Under the pieces are notes generated by a model. That model searched no databases. It was given only the letters and a program-made list of their open reading frames with translations, and was not told where the DNA came from. DNA of 48,929 nucleotides from Candidatus Berkelbacteria bacterium. GTDB taxonomy: Bacteria > Patescibacteriota > UBA1384 > CAILIB01. The stretch lies in NCBI GenBank assembly GCA_043751595.1, contig JAYUZR010000030.1:1-48929 (forward strand). The letters run 5' to 3'. The position numbers were made by a program, and so were the translations under genes. Below, piece after piece: positions 7,888 to 17,764 of the stretch (its first letter is position 1; the number at the start of each line of letters is the position of its first letter).

Positions 7888-8375
7888 AGCCGCCGCTTAA
7901 TTTCTGCCATGATACTTTCCAACGCCGCGGGAGTGGCCGAGTTATAGACTAGACATTCTGGATACTCCCCCACCTCGCGCAAGAACTGAGCGTTGGTTTG
8001 ATCAAGCTTTTCTAGTTCTAATTCTTGAGCATAGCTTCGGGCTACATATCTTGCCCGCAACACTTTGGAGGGAGCAGTAGCGACCACTAATAAGGCTTTC
8101 TCAGCGACCACATCATGCAAAATACCTGCTTGGCGTAGGGTAAAGGGATTACTGCGGCCGAATACTTGGCTATAAATCTTTTCCGAAAGATGTGAGCGCT
8201 CCAAGATAGTTTTTTGAGCATTACCGTACAGTTTTAAGTACCGTTCAAACTGATCCCCCTCGCTGTGTGGCAGAGCTAATAAGTCCCACTTAAGGTGGTT
8301 TTTTAGCTCCTTGGTTAGGGTACTTTTTCCCGAGCAATCAACTCCCTCAACGATGATAGTAGTACGCTGGTTCAT
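7878..8375 (-). CDS. Thymidylate/deoxynucleoside-monophosphate kinase-like P-loop protein
   Basis: IIVEGVDCSGKST P-loop; LERSHLSEKIY resembles the TMK DR-motif region. Confidence 0.75.
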   Translation of the reverse strand: MNQRTTIIVEGVDCSGKSTLTKELKNHLKWDLLALPHSEGDQFERYLKLYGNAQKTILERSHLSEKIYSQVFGRSNPFTLRQAGILHDVVAEKALLVVATAPSKVLRARYVARSYAQELELEKLDQTNAQFLREVGEYPECLVYNSATPAALESIMAEIKRRLCC

Positions 8376-8410
8376 GGCCGTATTTTTCTCCCGCAGGGCC
8401 TTCGGGAGCT

Positions 8411-8457
8411 AGTCAACACAAGTTGACTTTGGCATTTTTGAGGTAAGTGTCTAGACT
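8411..8457 (+). promoter_or_regulatory. Palindromic operator candidate plus sigma70 promoter of the Nudix regulator
   Basis: AGTCAAC-ACAA-GTTGACT (8411-8428) abuts TTGGCA-N17-TAGACT (8429-8457), which lies 6 nt before ATG 8464. Confidence 0.55.
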
Positions 8458-8463
8458 CATTTC

Positions 8464-9135
8464 ATGCACTACCTTCAGACCCAGATCTTGCAGCAGTTGG
8501 CACTCAAAAGTCCAGCCAGATATTCTGACCTGAAGCCGCAAACCATTGAAGGTAACTTATTCACCTATCATTTGCGCGCCCTTATTCGGCGTGAGCTTAT
8601 TAGCCATGCAGCGCAGACCTACACGCTTACCCAGAGCGGCCTTTTGTACGTTGAATCACTGAGCCTTACCACCCAGCAGCCACGCATTCAGGCCAAGATT
8701 GTCACCCTAATTGCCTGTCGGCGTGAAGATGGCGCCTGGTTATTGTACCTGCGCGATAGGCAGCCCTTTAAAGGCCGGGCTGGATTTCCATACGGAAAAA
8801 TCCATATGCAAGAAACGGTTATTAACGCCGCTCAGCGGGAGCTTTTTGATAAATCGGGACTCAAAAGTAACCTACAGCACATTGCAGATGTGTACCTGAC
8901 TACCACCCAGCAAGGCGAGCTTATTAGCCAGATGCTGGCTCATATCTGCGTAGGCTCTGCACCCCAAGAAGCCGATGTACACAGCCCCTGTTTTTGGGAA
9001 ATGAACGCAGCATCCCCTAAGCAGGCAACCTTTCCGGGATTTGAAGAGGTTTTGGCCCTGGCTCAGCAGGCACTAGAAACAGCGCCACCGGCAAAGAATA
9101 CGATTACCTTTGCCGAATATACGTTTAACCTTTAG
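8464..9135 (+). CDS. Winged-HTH + Nudix-domain protein (probable transcriptional regulator)
   Basis: N-terminal ILQQL..RYSDL..NLFTYHLRALI..YTLT wHTH; degenerate Nudix box GKIHMQETVINAAQRELFDKSGL. Confidence 0.75.
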   Translation: MHYLQTQILQQLALKSPARYSDLKPQTIEGNLFTYHLRALIRRELISHAAQTYTLTQSGLLYVESLSLTTQQPRIQAKIVTLIACRREDGAWLLYLRDRQPFKGRAGFPYGKIHMQETVINAAQRELFDKSGLKSNLQHIADVYLTTTQQGELISQMLAHICVGSAPQEADVHSPCFWEMNAASPKQATFPGFEEVLALAQQALETAPPAKNTITFAEYTFNL

Positions 9136-10363
9136 AGGCTAGCTTGTACTGCCTCCAGCCGGCAAGGAGGAACCAGAAATAGACAAAGACAATGGTATCG
9201 TCGCTCCACCAGGAATCATCAAGTAAGCCAAAGAGTAGAATAGAGACGCAGTACATGGCAAGTGCCACTCCAATCCAGCCGAAGCCATCAAAATCTTCTT
9301 TACGGGCGATAATTACCCCAGAAATGCCAACGAGAATAATACTAAGCGGGAAGCTGAGCCCCAAGATTCCTGTTTTTACCAGGCTATCGAGCACAAAACT
9401 ATGTGGCTGAGCCGAGCTATCGAGACGCATTGGAGGCGTAGCATACTTGGTGCGAAGATCTAGGTAATGATGTTCCCAGGTTTTGAATCCGATCCCCTTA
9501 AGTGGATTATCTTTAATGACACCCCGTGCCACTTCCCAAAACTGCTCCCTGGTTTGAATACTACTTGTACTTGTAAGATTCCACTTTGGAAGCTTGGAAG
9601 GGAAGCTAATGGCCAGTAGCGCCGCGATTGCGATAAAGACCGTAAAGCCAATTTTTATCTTTTTGTAACGCGATGGCATTAGGTATAAGCCGATAATGCC
9701 AGCAATCGCAGCCGAAACTACAGCGTTATATGATTGCGTGGCTAGCAATACGAGAACAGCCAAGGTAAGAACAATTAACCAGGCCAAGCGCTTCTTTGGC
9801 TGCTGCAACACCCACGGCGCGCAGAACAGAACCGTAATCATGCTCCACCTAGCAAAGGTGGTAGCAAAGGCATAGCCCGCCGTTGCGCGATGCATATCCT
9901 GAAAAGGAACTGCACCGGCAAACTGAAGCAGTACCCAGAGCGTAGGAATGATAGTACTAAGCAAGATTATTTGAGGCAGCTTCTTAAGGTAGTCGGGGTT
10001 CCGATCGAACATTCTTACAGCAAAATATCCCACAATAAGTGGCTGCAAAAAGCGACTTGTCCAGGGGCCAAAGGCATCGGTAAGAGGAGAAGTTTGCGTA
10101 GTACCAACTATAGTTGCCAGAACAATACCCAAGAGAACAAGCCGGTACACTTTGGGAATCTTGATCGGGCGCAGAAGTGTTGTACGAACTCCAAGCAATG
10201 CTTCTGCAGCAATACTCACCATAACAAACAAAAGGGAAAAGATGTTTATCCAACTAATAGCAAAGGGGTACTTGGTGATATATCTCCAACCAAGCGGTAA
10301 GCAGATAACCAGAGCTGCAAAGCTTACAAGTTGCATTATCTGCGCGAGTGAACGTTTTTGCAT
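9125..10363 (-). CDS. O-antigen ligase / Wzy_C family membrane protein
   Basis: About 11-12 TM helices; R-x-x-W...NPLKGIG and QPHSFVLDSLVKTGILG motifs. Confidence 0.75.
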   Translation of the reverse strand: MQKRSLAQIMQLVSFAALVICLPLGWRYITKYPFAISWINIFSLLFVMVSIAAEALLGVRTTLLRPIKIPKVYRLVLLGIVLATIVGTTQTSPLTDAFGPWTSRFLQPLIVGYFAVRMFDRNPDYLKKLPQIILLSTIIPTLWVLLQFAGAVPFQDMHRATAGYAFATTFARWSMITVLFCAPWVLQQPKKRLAWLIVLTLAVLVLLATQSYNAVVSAAIAGIIGLYLMPSRYKKIKIGFTVFIAIAALLAISFPSKLPKWNLTSTSSIQTREQFWEVARGVIKDNPLKGIGFKTWEHHYLDLRTKYATPPMRLDSSAQPHSFVLDSLVKTGILGLSFPLSIILVGISGVIIARKEDFDGFGWIGVALAMYCVSILLFGLLDDSWWSDDTIVFVYFWFLLAGWRQYKLASKG

Positions 10364-10384
10364 ACCTCTAGCGTAACATAGCTT

Positions 10385-11575
10385 TTACCCGATTAAGACT
10401 AGCTCCTCGCGGGCACGGGTGACGGCAGTATACAGCCAGCGACGCCACATAAGGTTATCGTAGGCCTGCATTCGCTCAGCCAGTACTACTACTTTGCGCG
10501 CCTCACTACCCTGCGATTTGTGCACGGTTAAGGCGTAACCATAATCGTATAAATCGTAGAGCTGGCGAGGATCGTCGATAGTTGCCGCGCGGACTTCTTC
10601 GGGCTTAAGGGTGGTTTCTCTCAGGAACTGAGACCTAACAAGCGTGCCCCTGAAGGGACTGCTTAACTCTTCAAAATCTATCTCAGCCTCTAACCAATGC
10701 TCACCAAGAGGCCGCGCACCAAGAACCTGCCCAACCATCCCATTATAAATAGCCTTGGCATGGTTATTGCGTAAACAAATAACACGCTCGCCCTTTACCG
10801 GAAGATTGGATTCGTATTCTCGTGCCTGCCGAGCGCGCTGATTAAGCCGCACCCTAGTTTTATTTCGGCCACATAAGCAAAGGGTATCGGTGGCACTACC
10901 TTGTAATACATCGTCTACTGCTTCGTATAAATCGGGATCGTCGGGTGAGATTCTGCGAACACCTTGGCCGTAGGTGCCAACTGGCGGCATAATACCTTCT
11001 CTAATATCCGCCGAAAGCTGGATGATAGGATTATCTGCCGCTTGGCGGACGATTTGATCGAGCCGGATATGCGGTTTTTCGAGCAAGTTAAACTGGCCAT
11101 CAATCGGTGGTAGCTGTCCGTGATCGCCCACAACTAAAATAGGAATCCTAAAAGAGGTGAGGTCTCGCCAAATAACCTGGTTTACCATAGAGCCCTCATC
11201 CACAATGATAAGGTTATAGGCCAGGTTTGGAGAAAGCTGCCAGCCGACTACCTCTTCACCACTGGTATGCGGGCGATAGATAAGACTATGGATAGTACTA
11301 CAGCTATCTCCTGGTTTTAAAGCGGAGAAATCTTGCAAGCGGCGGCGAAGCACTGAAGCCGCCTTACCGGTATAACTACAAAAAGCTACGGTTTTATTTG
11401 ACCAGCCTTCCTTTGTACTAAGCTCGGCCCTAAGGGCAGCGATAAGGGTAGTTTTACCCGTACCAGCATACCCCCCTAAGGTGAGATAGGGACGATCGTT
11501 ATCAGTGAGCCACTGCACAATAGTGACAAGAGCTTGATGCTGATCAGGAGTAAGGTTGGGTAATGTGTGCGCCAC
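10385..11575 (-). CDS. RecD/Dda-like SF1B DNA helicase
   Basis: GYAGTGKT, VDEGSM, VGDHGQLPP, YALTVHKSQGSE and LYTAVTRA motifs. GTG start chosen 6 nt after TGnTACGGT. Confidence 0.88.
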   Translation of the reverse strand: MAHTLPNLTPDQHQALVTIVQWLTDNDRPYLTLGGYAGTGKTTLIAALRAELSTKEGWSNKTVAFCSYTGKAASVLRRRLQDFSALKPGDSCSTIHSLIYRPHTSGEEVVGWQLSPNLAYNLIIVDEGSMVNQVIWRDLTSFRIPILVVGDHGQLPPIDGQFNLLEKPHIRLDQIVRQAADNPIIQLSADIREGIMPPVGTYGQGVRRISPDDPDLYEAVDDVLQGSATDTLCLCGRNKTRVRLNQRARQAREYESNLPVKGERVICLRNNHAKAIYNGMVGQVLGARPLGEHWLEAEIDFEELSSPFRGTLVRSQFLRETTLKPEEVRAATIDDPRQLYDLYDYGYALTVHKSQGSEARKVVVLAERMQAYDNLMWRRWLYTAVTRAREELVLIG

Positions 11576-11704
11576 GCATGCACCGTACCACACATGCAGC
11601 CGGTGCCAAGTCTATGCAAAATCGGCATTACCTTGCATAGCGTAGGCGCACAAATAAGTTCTGCTACACTTTTGCATGTACCTGCGAAATAACTTTTCTT
11701 TCCC

Positions 11705-12631
11705 ATGTCTACCTTTGTTTTTGGTCATATTAACCCCGATACCGATGCTACTTGCTCAGCTATTGCTGCAGCCTGGTATTTAAACGAGCTCGGCATTACC
11801 GATGCCATTCCTTTTTGCACCGGCAATCTTAATAAAGAAACTCAGTTTGTACTCGATCACTTCAAAGTAGAAACGCCAGAACTCATCACCGAGCTCTCAC
11901 CTGGCCAACCTTACTTTGTAGTTGATACCAATAACCCAGAAGAGCTTATTCCTAGCTTTGTCCAGGGAGAACTTACCGGTATTATCGATCACCACAAGTT
12001 TGCAGGTGGTCTTAGTACTCCTGGCCCTATTTCGGTAAGAATCGAGCCCCTTGCTTGCACTGCTACCGTTCTTACAGGCATGCTCCGCGCGGCCGAGCTC
12101 ACACCCCCACGCGAGATTACTGGCATTATGCTTGCCTGCATCATTTCCGATACGCTCAACTTTGTAAGCCCTACCAGCACCGAAATTGATAAGCGGGCCG
12201 CCCATTACCTTGCCGAGCTCACCGGCGAATCAATCGATGAACTGGCCGATGCCATGTTCAGCGCCAAGTCAGATCTCTCCGGTCTCACCCTTACCGATCT
12301 CCTCACACTAGATAGTAAGGTCTACAACCTAGGCAAGGCCAAGGTTCGCGTTTCTGTATTAGAAACAACCAAGCCCTCTAATGTTCTCGATCAAGTATCC
12401 GGCGTTATCGAGGCCATGCAAGCACTTTCACTCACCGATGGCACGGAAGGTTGCTTCTTCTTTGTGGTTGATATTCTCAAAGATTGCTCCACCCTCATTA
12501 CCTCCACCAGCTTCGAGCAAGAAGTAGCAGCAAAGGCTTTCTCAGTTGAGCCAACCCAGACCATCCTCCTACCTGGAGTTGTTTCTCGCAAAAAACAAAT
12601 GATTCCTAAGCTTGAGACTGCCCTCTCCTAA
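11705..12631 (+). CDS. ppaC: Manganese-dependent inorganic pyrophosphatase (family II)
   Basis: GHINPDTD, DHH, IISDT and PGVVSRKKQ motifs. Confidence 0.93.
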   Translation: MSTFVFGHINPDTDATCSAIAAAWYLNELGITDAIPFCTGNLNKETQFVLDHFKVETPELITELSPGQPYFVVDTNNPEELIPSFVQGELTGIIDHHKFAGGLSTPGPISVRIEPLACTATVLTGMLRAAELTPPREITGIMLACIISDTLNFVSPTSTEIDKRAAHYLAELTGESIDELADAMFSAKSDLSGLTLTDLLTLDSKVYNLGKAKVRVSVLETTKPSNVLDQVSGVIEAMQALSLTDGTEGCFFFVVDILKDCSTLITSTSFEQEVAAKAFSVEPTQTILLPGVVSRKKQMIPKLETALS

Positions 12632-12636
12632 GCACT

Positions 12637-14382
12637 ATGGCCAGCGAGCAAGAGTTAGCCGAAATTAAGCATCGCCTACCTATCGAACAGGTAGTCGGTT
12701 CGTATGTGCCACTCAAGCGCGCCGGCCGCACCCTTAAGGCAAATTGTCCGTTTCATAACGAAAAGTCCCCTTCGTTTAATGTAAATGCCGAGCGTGGCAT
12801 TTACAAATGTTTCGGCTGCGGCGAAGGAGGAGATATCTTCGATTTCGTCATGAAGTACGAAGGCCTCACCTTCCCAGAAACCGTTCGCCTTCTCGCCGAA
12901 AAAGCTGGGGTGGAACTAAGCGAGAGCACCTTTACCAAGCGCGGAGGCGAGCGCCCTGCCGATGAGGTCCCCAGGGATAGGCTATTCAAGGTAAATGATT
13001 TTGTCGCCACTCTTTGGAACCGCATTCTTCTGGAGCACCCCAAAGCAGAAGCTGCCCGTAACTACCTTCTTAAAAGAGGCCTCACCACCAAAACTATTTC
13101 CGAGCTCCAGATTGGCTACGCCCCTCCGGGCACTGCCACCACCCAAGCCTTAGCCAAGGCAGGCTTCACCAATAAAGAACTTCAATCTGCGGGCGATCCC
13201 ACTAAGTTTCAAGATCGCATCGTCTTCCCTATCACCGATCTCACCGGCCGCATCATCGGCTTCACCGGCCGCATTCTTATCTTGCCAGACGATCCCCCGA
13301 GTAAGGCCGAGCGAGGCCCCAAATACTGGAACACCCCAGAAACGCCCATCTTTATTAAAAGCCGAGCGGTTTATAATATTCAGCACGCAAAGCACGCCAT
13401 TCAAACCCACGATGCCGTTCTTTTGGCAGAGGGCCAGATGGATGTCGCTATGCTCTACCAATTTGGCTATCCACAGGCGGTTGCTTCATCGGGCACTGCC
13501 CTCACAGAAGATCAACTCAAGCTCCTTTCTCGCTTCAGTACCAATATTGTCTTCGCCTACGATGGCGATAATGCTGGCATTAACGCAACTAAGCGCGGAC
13601 TCGAGCTTGCTCTTGGGCTTGATCTCACTCCCTGGGTAATCACCATTGCCAACGGCAAAGATCCTGCCGATTGCCTTCTCGCAGATCCAGATCTCTGGGA
13701 ACAATCCTACGCAAAGCGAGTCCCCGCCATGCAGTGGCTGATCGAGCAAATTATCCCAACCGGCAGAGAGCTCACTCCCAGCGAAAAAAAGTCGTACGCA
13801 AAAGAACTGCTTCCTTGGCTTGGCCGCATCACCAACCCGCTCGAGCAAAAAGACTGGCTCCGAAAACTCGCGGGGTATCTGCAAACCGATGAAGCAACCC
13901 TGCAATCTGCCTTTGTGCCGGGCCGATCAGTGCGCCGAGAAGAAAGTCCCGAGCTTGAGCACGCTCAAGAGGTTAGCCTCACCCCGGTACAGCAGTGGTC
14001 GGAAACCGTTTGTGCGCTATTACTCGCATTCCCAGAATTAGTCACTCACCTTACCGGCAAGCTTTCCGTTATCGAGCCTTCCACCCCCTACCTCAAGCTG
14101 GCCGGGGAGGCACTGGCCCAACCCAATCTTAATGGCTACATAGAATCCGAAGCAGCGGCGCCATTAGTACTGCAAACCGAAGAAAAGCTAAACACCTATA
14201 GCCATACCGAACTCACTCCTCCTCAAGCCCTGCAAGAAGTAATGCAGCTCCTGCAACGTATTTCAGAGTCATCTAAAGAGCATATCAAAGATAAGCTCGC
14301 ACGAGATATCCAACAAGCCCAGATGCGGGGCGATACCGAAAAGGTAAAAGAGCTCTTTGAACAGCTTCGGCAAAGCTTGTAA
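12637..14382 (+). CDS. dnaG: DNA primase
   Basis: CHC2 zinc finger CPFH..CFGC; KYWNTPET; TOPRIM motifs EGQMD and YDGDNAG. Confidence 0.96.
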   Translation: MASEQELAEIKHRLPIEQVVGSYVPLKRAGRTLKANCPFHNEKSPSFNVNAERGIYKCFGCGEGGDIFDFVMKYEGLTFPETVRLLAEKAGVELSESTFTKRGGERPADEVPRDRLFKVNDFVATLWNRILLEHPKAEAARNYLLKRGLTTKTISELQIGYAPPGTATTQALAKAGFTNKELQSAGDPTKFQDRIVFPITDLTGRIIGFTGRILILPDDPPSKAERGPKYWNTPETPIFIKSRAVYNIQHAKHAIQTHDAVLLAEGQMDVAMLYQFGYPQAVASSGTALTEDQLKLLSRFSTNIVFAYDGDNAGINATKRGLELALGLDLTPWVITIANGKDPADCLLADPDLWEQSYAKRVPAMQWLIEQIIPTGRELTPSEKKSYAKELLPWLGRITNPLEQKDWLRKLAGYLQTDEATLQSAFVPGRSVRREESPELEHAQEVSLTPVQQWSETVCALLLAFPELVTHLTGKLSVIEPSTPYLKLAGEALAQPNLNGYIESEAAAPLVLQTEEKLNTYSHTELTPPQALQEVMQLLQRISESSKEHIKDKLARDIQQAQMRGDTEKVKELFEQLRQSL

Positions 14383-14536
14383 TTAGGTACTAGCACTGAT
14401 ATAACCATTCCCGATAGGGTGCTCTGCACCCCTTGCCTTATTAGGCCGCGAGCGCAGTATCAATGCTCGCACACCCCCGTCACCCATATTGCGGCACGAC
14501 GAGTCTACCCACCCTCCGTAAGCTCGCCCGTTATTC

Positions 14537-15709
14537 ATGACTAAGCGCCCACCTAAGGCCTATAGAGAAGAAGTTCTCGAGTTCGGCCAAGCACTAATCA
14601 ACCTTATTAAAAAAGGTAAGGTGCATGGTTTTATTACTGCGCGCGAAATCCTGCAGGCTTCTCCAGAAATGGAAGATGCCATTCCAGAGCTCGACGCATT
14701 CTTCGAGTATTGTTTTGCTCACGGAATCGAAATCCAAGAGTCTCCTCAGCGCGTTCTGCAAATGCCAGATCAGCCAGCTGCTCCTGAAGCTAAGAAGAAG
14801 ACTCGCACCCGCCTTGTTCGCTCCCACCTTATCGACGAAGGTCCTACTAAAGAACAGATCGAAGAAGAAGACGTTCCAAACCTTTCCGACGATTCTGTAC
14901 GTATGTATCTCCGAGAAATCGGACGCATCCCACTTCTTAGCACCGAAGAAGAAATCAAGCTGGCTAAGCGTATCGAGCACGGAGATATGCTTGCTAAGAA
15001 AAAGCTTACCGAAGCCAATCTTCGCTTAGTAGTTTCTATCGCTAAAAAGTACATCGGCCGAGGTCTTTCTCTGCTCGATCTTATCCAAGAAGGAAACTCT
15101 GGCCTTATCCGCGCTGTAGAAAAGTTCGATTACAAAAAGGGCTTCAAGTTCTCCACCTATGCTACCTGGTGGGTTCGTCAGGCCATTACTCGCGCTATTG
15201 CCGATCAAGCTCGCACCATCCGCATTCCGGTGCACATGATCGAGACCATCAATAAGCTCATCCGCACTCAGCGCGCACTAGTGCAAGAGCTTGGTCGCGA
15301 GCCTACCCCTGCCGAAATTGCCAAAGAACTTGGCATCGACGAAGACAAGGTGAATCACATCATCAAGATTAGCCAAGAAACCGTCTCACTCGAGGCTCCT
15401 GTAGGTGAAGAAGAAGATTCTCACCTTAAAGACTTCCTTGAAGATAAAGAAAGTCTTTCTCCAGACGAAGCCGCTATCTACGAGCTGATGAAGGGTCATG
15501 TCGATGAGTTCCTCGCGCTTCTTCCTCCTCGCGAGCAGAAGATTCTAAAGATGCGCTTCGGCCTTGAAACCGGTCGTGCGCATACCCTCGAAGAAGTAGG
15601 ACAAGAGTTTGGTGTTACCCGCGAGCGCATTCGCCAAATTGAGGCCAAGGCCTTAAAGAAGCTTGAGCGCAGCGATCTTTCTACCACCCTCAAGGATTAC
15701 CTCCGCTAG
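14537..15709 (+). CDS. rpoD: Primary RNA polymerase sigma factor
   Basis: [35 protein letters not shown] and TRERIRQIE. Confidence 0.97.
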   Translation: MTKRPPKAYREEVLEFGQALINLIKKGKVHGFITAREILQASPEMEDAIPELDAFFEYCFAHGIEIQESPQRVLQMPDQPAAPEAKKKTRTRLVRSHLIDEGPTKEQIEEEDVPNLSDDSVRMYLREIGRIPLLSTEEEIKLAKRIEHGDMLAKKKLTEANLRLVVSIAKKYIGRGLSLLDLIQEGNSGLIRAVEKFDYKKGFKFSTYATWWVRQAITRAIADQARTIRIPVHMIETINKLIRTQRALVQELGREPTPAEIAKELGIDEDKVNHIIKISQETVSLEAPVGEEEDSHLKDFLEDKESLSPDEAAIYELMKGHVDEFLALLPPREQKILKMRFGLETGRAHTLEEVGQEFGVTRERIRQIEAKALKKLERSDLSTTLKDYLR

Positions 15710-15710
15710 G

Positions 15711-15962
15711 ATGCTAAGCCTGTACCGATCACTGTTTGTCCGCTGGATGAGCCTGAGCCTTATCTCGCTCATCGGACAATTAGCTTTGTTTTTCTGGCTC
15801 CTGCCCTACATTCCTACTACACCTGCCGATTACACGCTTTTTGATAGTTTCTTTGCCCCTAAGTTTCTAGCGCTTGCTCTTGCCGTAGGCTTGGTTGGAG
15901 CTCTCCTTTGGACCGTCCACCAGTTGGCCAAGCAGCGCTCTGCCCTTATTGCCGCAGTCTAG
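15711..15962 (+). CDS. Small hypothetical membrane protein (2 TM)
   Basis: ATG 1 nt after the rpoD stop; two hydrophobic helices; followed by a terminator. Confidence 0.55.
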   Translation: MLSLYRSLFVRWMSLSLISLIGQLALFFWLLPYIPTTPADYTLFDSFFAPKFLALALAVGLVGALLWTVHQLAKQRSALIAAV

Positions 15963-15977
15963 TTGCATATCCGCAAC

Positions 15978-16004
15978 AAAAAGCCGCCTCCGGGCGGCTT
16001 TTTT
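15978..16004 (+). terminator. Intrinsic terminator ending the dnaG-rpoD operon
   Basis: AAAAAGCCGCC-TCCG-GGCGGCTTTTTT. Confidence 0.75.
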
Positions 16005-16018
16005 GGTATGCTAGAAAC

Positions 16019-16552
16019 ATGATTGGATCACTCACTGGCACCGCAACACTCACCCACGCCGGAAAAACCTTAATCGAGGTCCAGGGAGTTGGCTATTGGG
16101 TCCATACCGGCACTTGGCTCCCTTTTGGCGAAGTCCGTGCTTTTATTTATCAGCACGTCCGCGAGGATGCACTCGATCTCTACGGCTTCGCCACACTTGA
16201 TCACCTTGGTCTTTTCGAGAAACTCATCAGTATCTCTGGAATTGGTCCTAAAGCTGGCCTCTCGCTGCTAAGTCTCGGCACCGCCAGCGAGCTGCATGCC
16301 GCGATCGAAAGTAGCGATGTAAAGTATCTTAGTAAAGCGCCGGGCATCGGCCAGAAGGCAGCCCAAAAGGTAATCCTAGAGCTTAAAGGCAAGTTAGTAG
16401 AAACCGAACTTGCCGGCACTCCGCAAGGAGACCTGGCCGAAGCACTGGAGCAGCTAGGGTACCGACGGGCTGAGATTCAGCCAATCATTGCCAAAGCTCC
16501 GAAAGAATTATCACTCGAAAAGCAACTTTCTTGGGCATTACGGCAGCTCTAG
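16019..16552 (+). CDS. ruvA: Holliday junction DNA helicase subunit RuvA
   Basis: MIGSLTG, HVREDALDLYGF, ISGIGPK and PGIGQKAAQKVILELK. Confidence 0.93.
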   Translation: MIGSLTGTATLTHAGKTLIEVQGVGYWVHTGTWLPFGEVRAFIYQHVREDALDLYGFATLDHLGLFEKLISISGIGPKAGLSLLSLGTASELHAAIESSDVKYLSKAPGIGQKAAQKVILELKGKLVETELAGTPQGDLAEALEQLGYRRAEIQPIIAKAPKELSLEKQLSWALRQL

Positions 16553-16590
16553 TTTGAGCTTTCAGCACCCTGGAGTATACTTATAGTATT

Positions 16591-17568
16591 ATGGCTTTTG
16601 AATACACACGACACAACGGCGAAGGCTCCTACACCATGGGTGGTGGGGAAGTTACACCAGAAGAAAAGAGAAGGTCTCTTTCTGCTCGCTTAAGGAATCT
16701 TACTTCTGGTGATAGACCGACCAAACTCTCAGAAGAGCAGTCACAGGCTATAAAAGATATCTCGATGGAGTCAGAGGTTGCCCCCACTATTACCTTACAA
16801 AGGATTGGCCTCTTTTTTAAAAAGGCGTTCGTTGGTGCAGGTGAGGCCTATCTTAAAACCTCAATTAGGGCTAATACCGGCAAATCAGTTGCAGAGCTTG
16901 AAGAAGCAACTGAACACTCCGATCCTGCACTAGTCAGATCAAGAAACTTTGTAAGTGCCCAGTTTGAGCACTTAGATAAGCTAAGAAAATATAAAGAAAC
17001 ACTTACAGCCAAAGCCACACAAGAACTCCCTCAGTTAAGAGAGCTCGAGGCACGAGAGCTTATTGCAAAAATTGAAAAGTTGGACAAGCTCGCCACCCAA
17101 GAAGAGGGCCTGCGGCAGAACATTTACAGGAGAGCCCTCACCAACGGCATCCTCACTAGCCCTAAGGCCACTGACCAGCTACAAATGCTACTATCCAGGA
17201 CTGGTAGAAGGCTAGAAATAACAGGAGGAGTAAAATCTCCCGATGGCCTAACATGGGCCACAATTCCAGTACTTAGTACGGATGTAGAGCAGACTATTCA
17301 CCCCCAAGATTTAATCGAGTTCTTTGAACTATTCTATTCAAAATCAACTCACAAATCAGTCACCTCAATTAACCTGCTTCTAGCTACTACCAACCGAGAT
17401 ACTAGGGAGGCAGCTAGCGTAGAGAGATACTACAGCAATGAAAAAAAGTGCCTTCTAGATAGCGCTATTCCAGCGAGTCAGGCGCACCATGGTCCGTCTG
17501 TGCGTACAAACACCCAACAAGATTGGTCACACGTAAGAGAACACTACGATGTTGCAGCACTCTCCTAA
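16591..17568 (+). CDS. Hypothetical protein with a coiled-coil segment
   Basis: 325-aa ORF; TATACT upstream; no known motif. Confidence 0.65.
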   Translation: MAFEYTRHNGEGSYTMGGGEVTPEEKRRSLSARLRNLTSGDRPTKLSEEQSQAIKDISMESEVAPTITLQRIGLFFKKAFVGAGEAYLKTSIRANTGKSVAELEEATEHSDPALVRSRNFVSAQFEHLDKLRKYKETLTAKATQELPQLRELEARELIAKIEKLDKLATQEEGLRQNIYRRALTNGILTSPKATDQLQMLLSRTGRRLEITGGVKSPDGLTWATIPVLSTDVEQTIHPQDLIEFFELFYSKSTHKSVTSINLLLATTNRDTREAASVERYYSNEKKCLLDSAIPASQAHHGPSVRTNTQQDWSHVREHYDVAALS

Positions 17569-17764
17569 TCCAGATCTCTCAAAAGAGATTGATGACTTAA
17601 TTGCTAGTTATCAGGAATTAATTAAGACGTACGAATACGCCATCTCCGAGTTTGACTCCCTCGACCACGAGTACACCGACATCCTAGTGGATCTTGATAA
17701 GCGCCTTGAAAAGATTGAACACGATCTAGCTACTCCGGCCACCGCACAGCTCGCTCCCGCCTAA
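17549..17764 (+). CDS. Small acidic coiled-coil hypothetical protein
   Basis: 71-aa helical-looking ORF filling the gap before the pilin cluster. Confidence 0.45.
   Translation: MLQHSPNPDLSKEIDDLIASYQELIKTYEYAISEFDSLDHEYTDILVDLDKRLEKIEHDLATPATAQLAPA

Noticed and set aside
5576-9135. Integrated genomic island or prophage at tRNA-Ser
   Set aside because: No integrase, and no distal att repeat was found by eye; the only tRNA 3' copy is at 5710-5719.
10385-11575. Dda-like helicase as a phage marker
   Set aside because: Flanked by housekeeping genes with no other phage genes; RecD-like helicases are common in bacteria.
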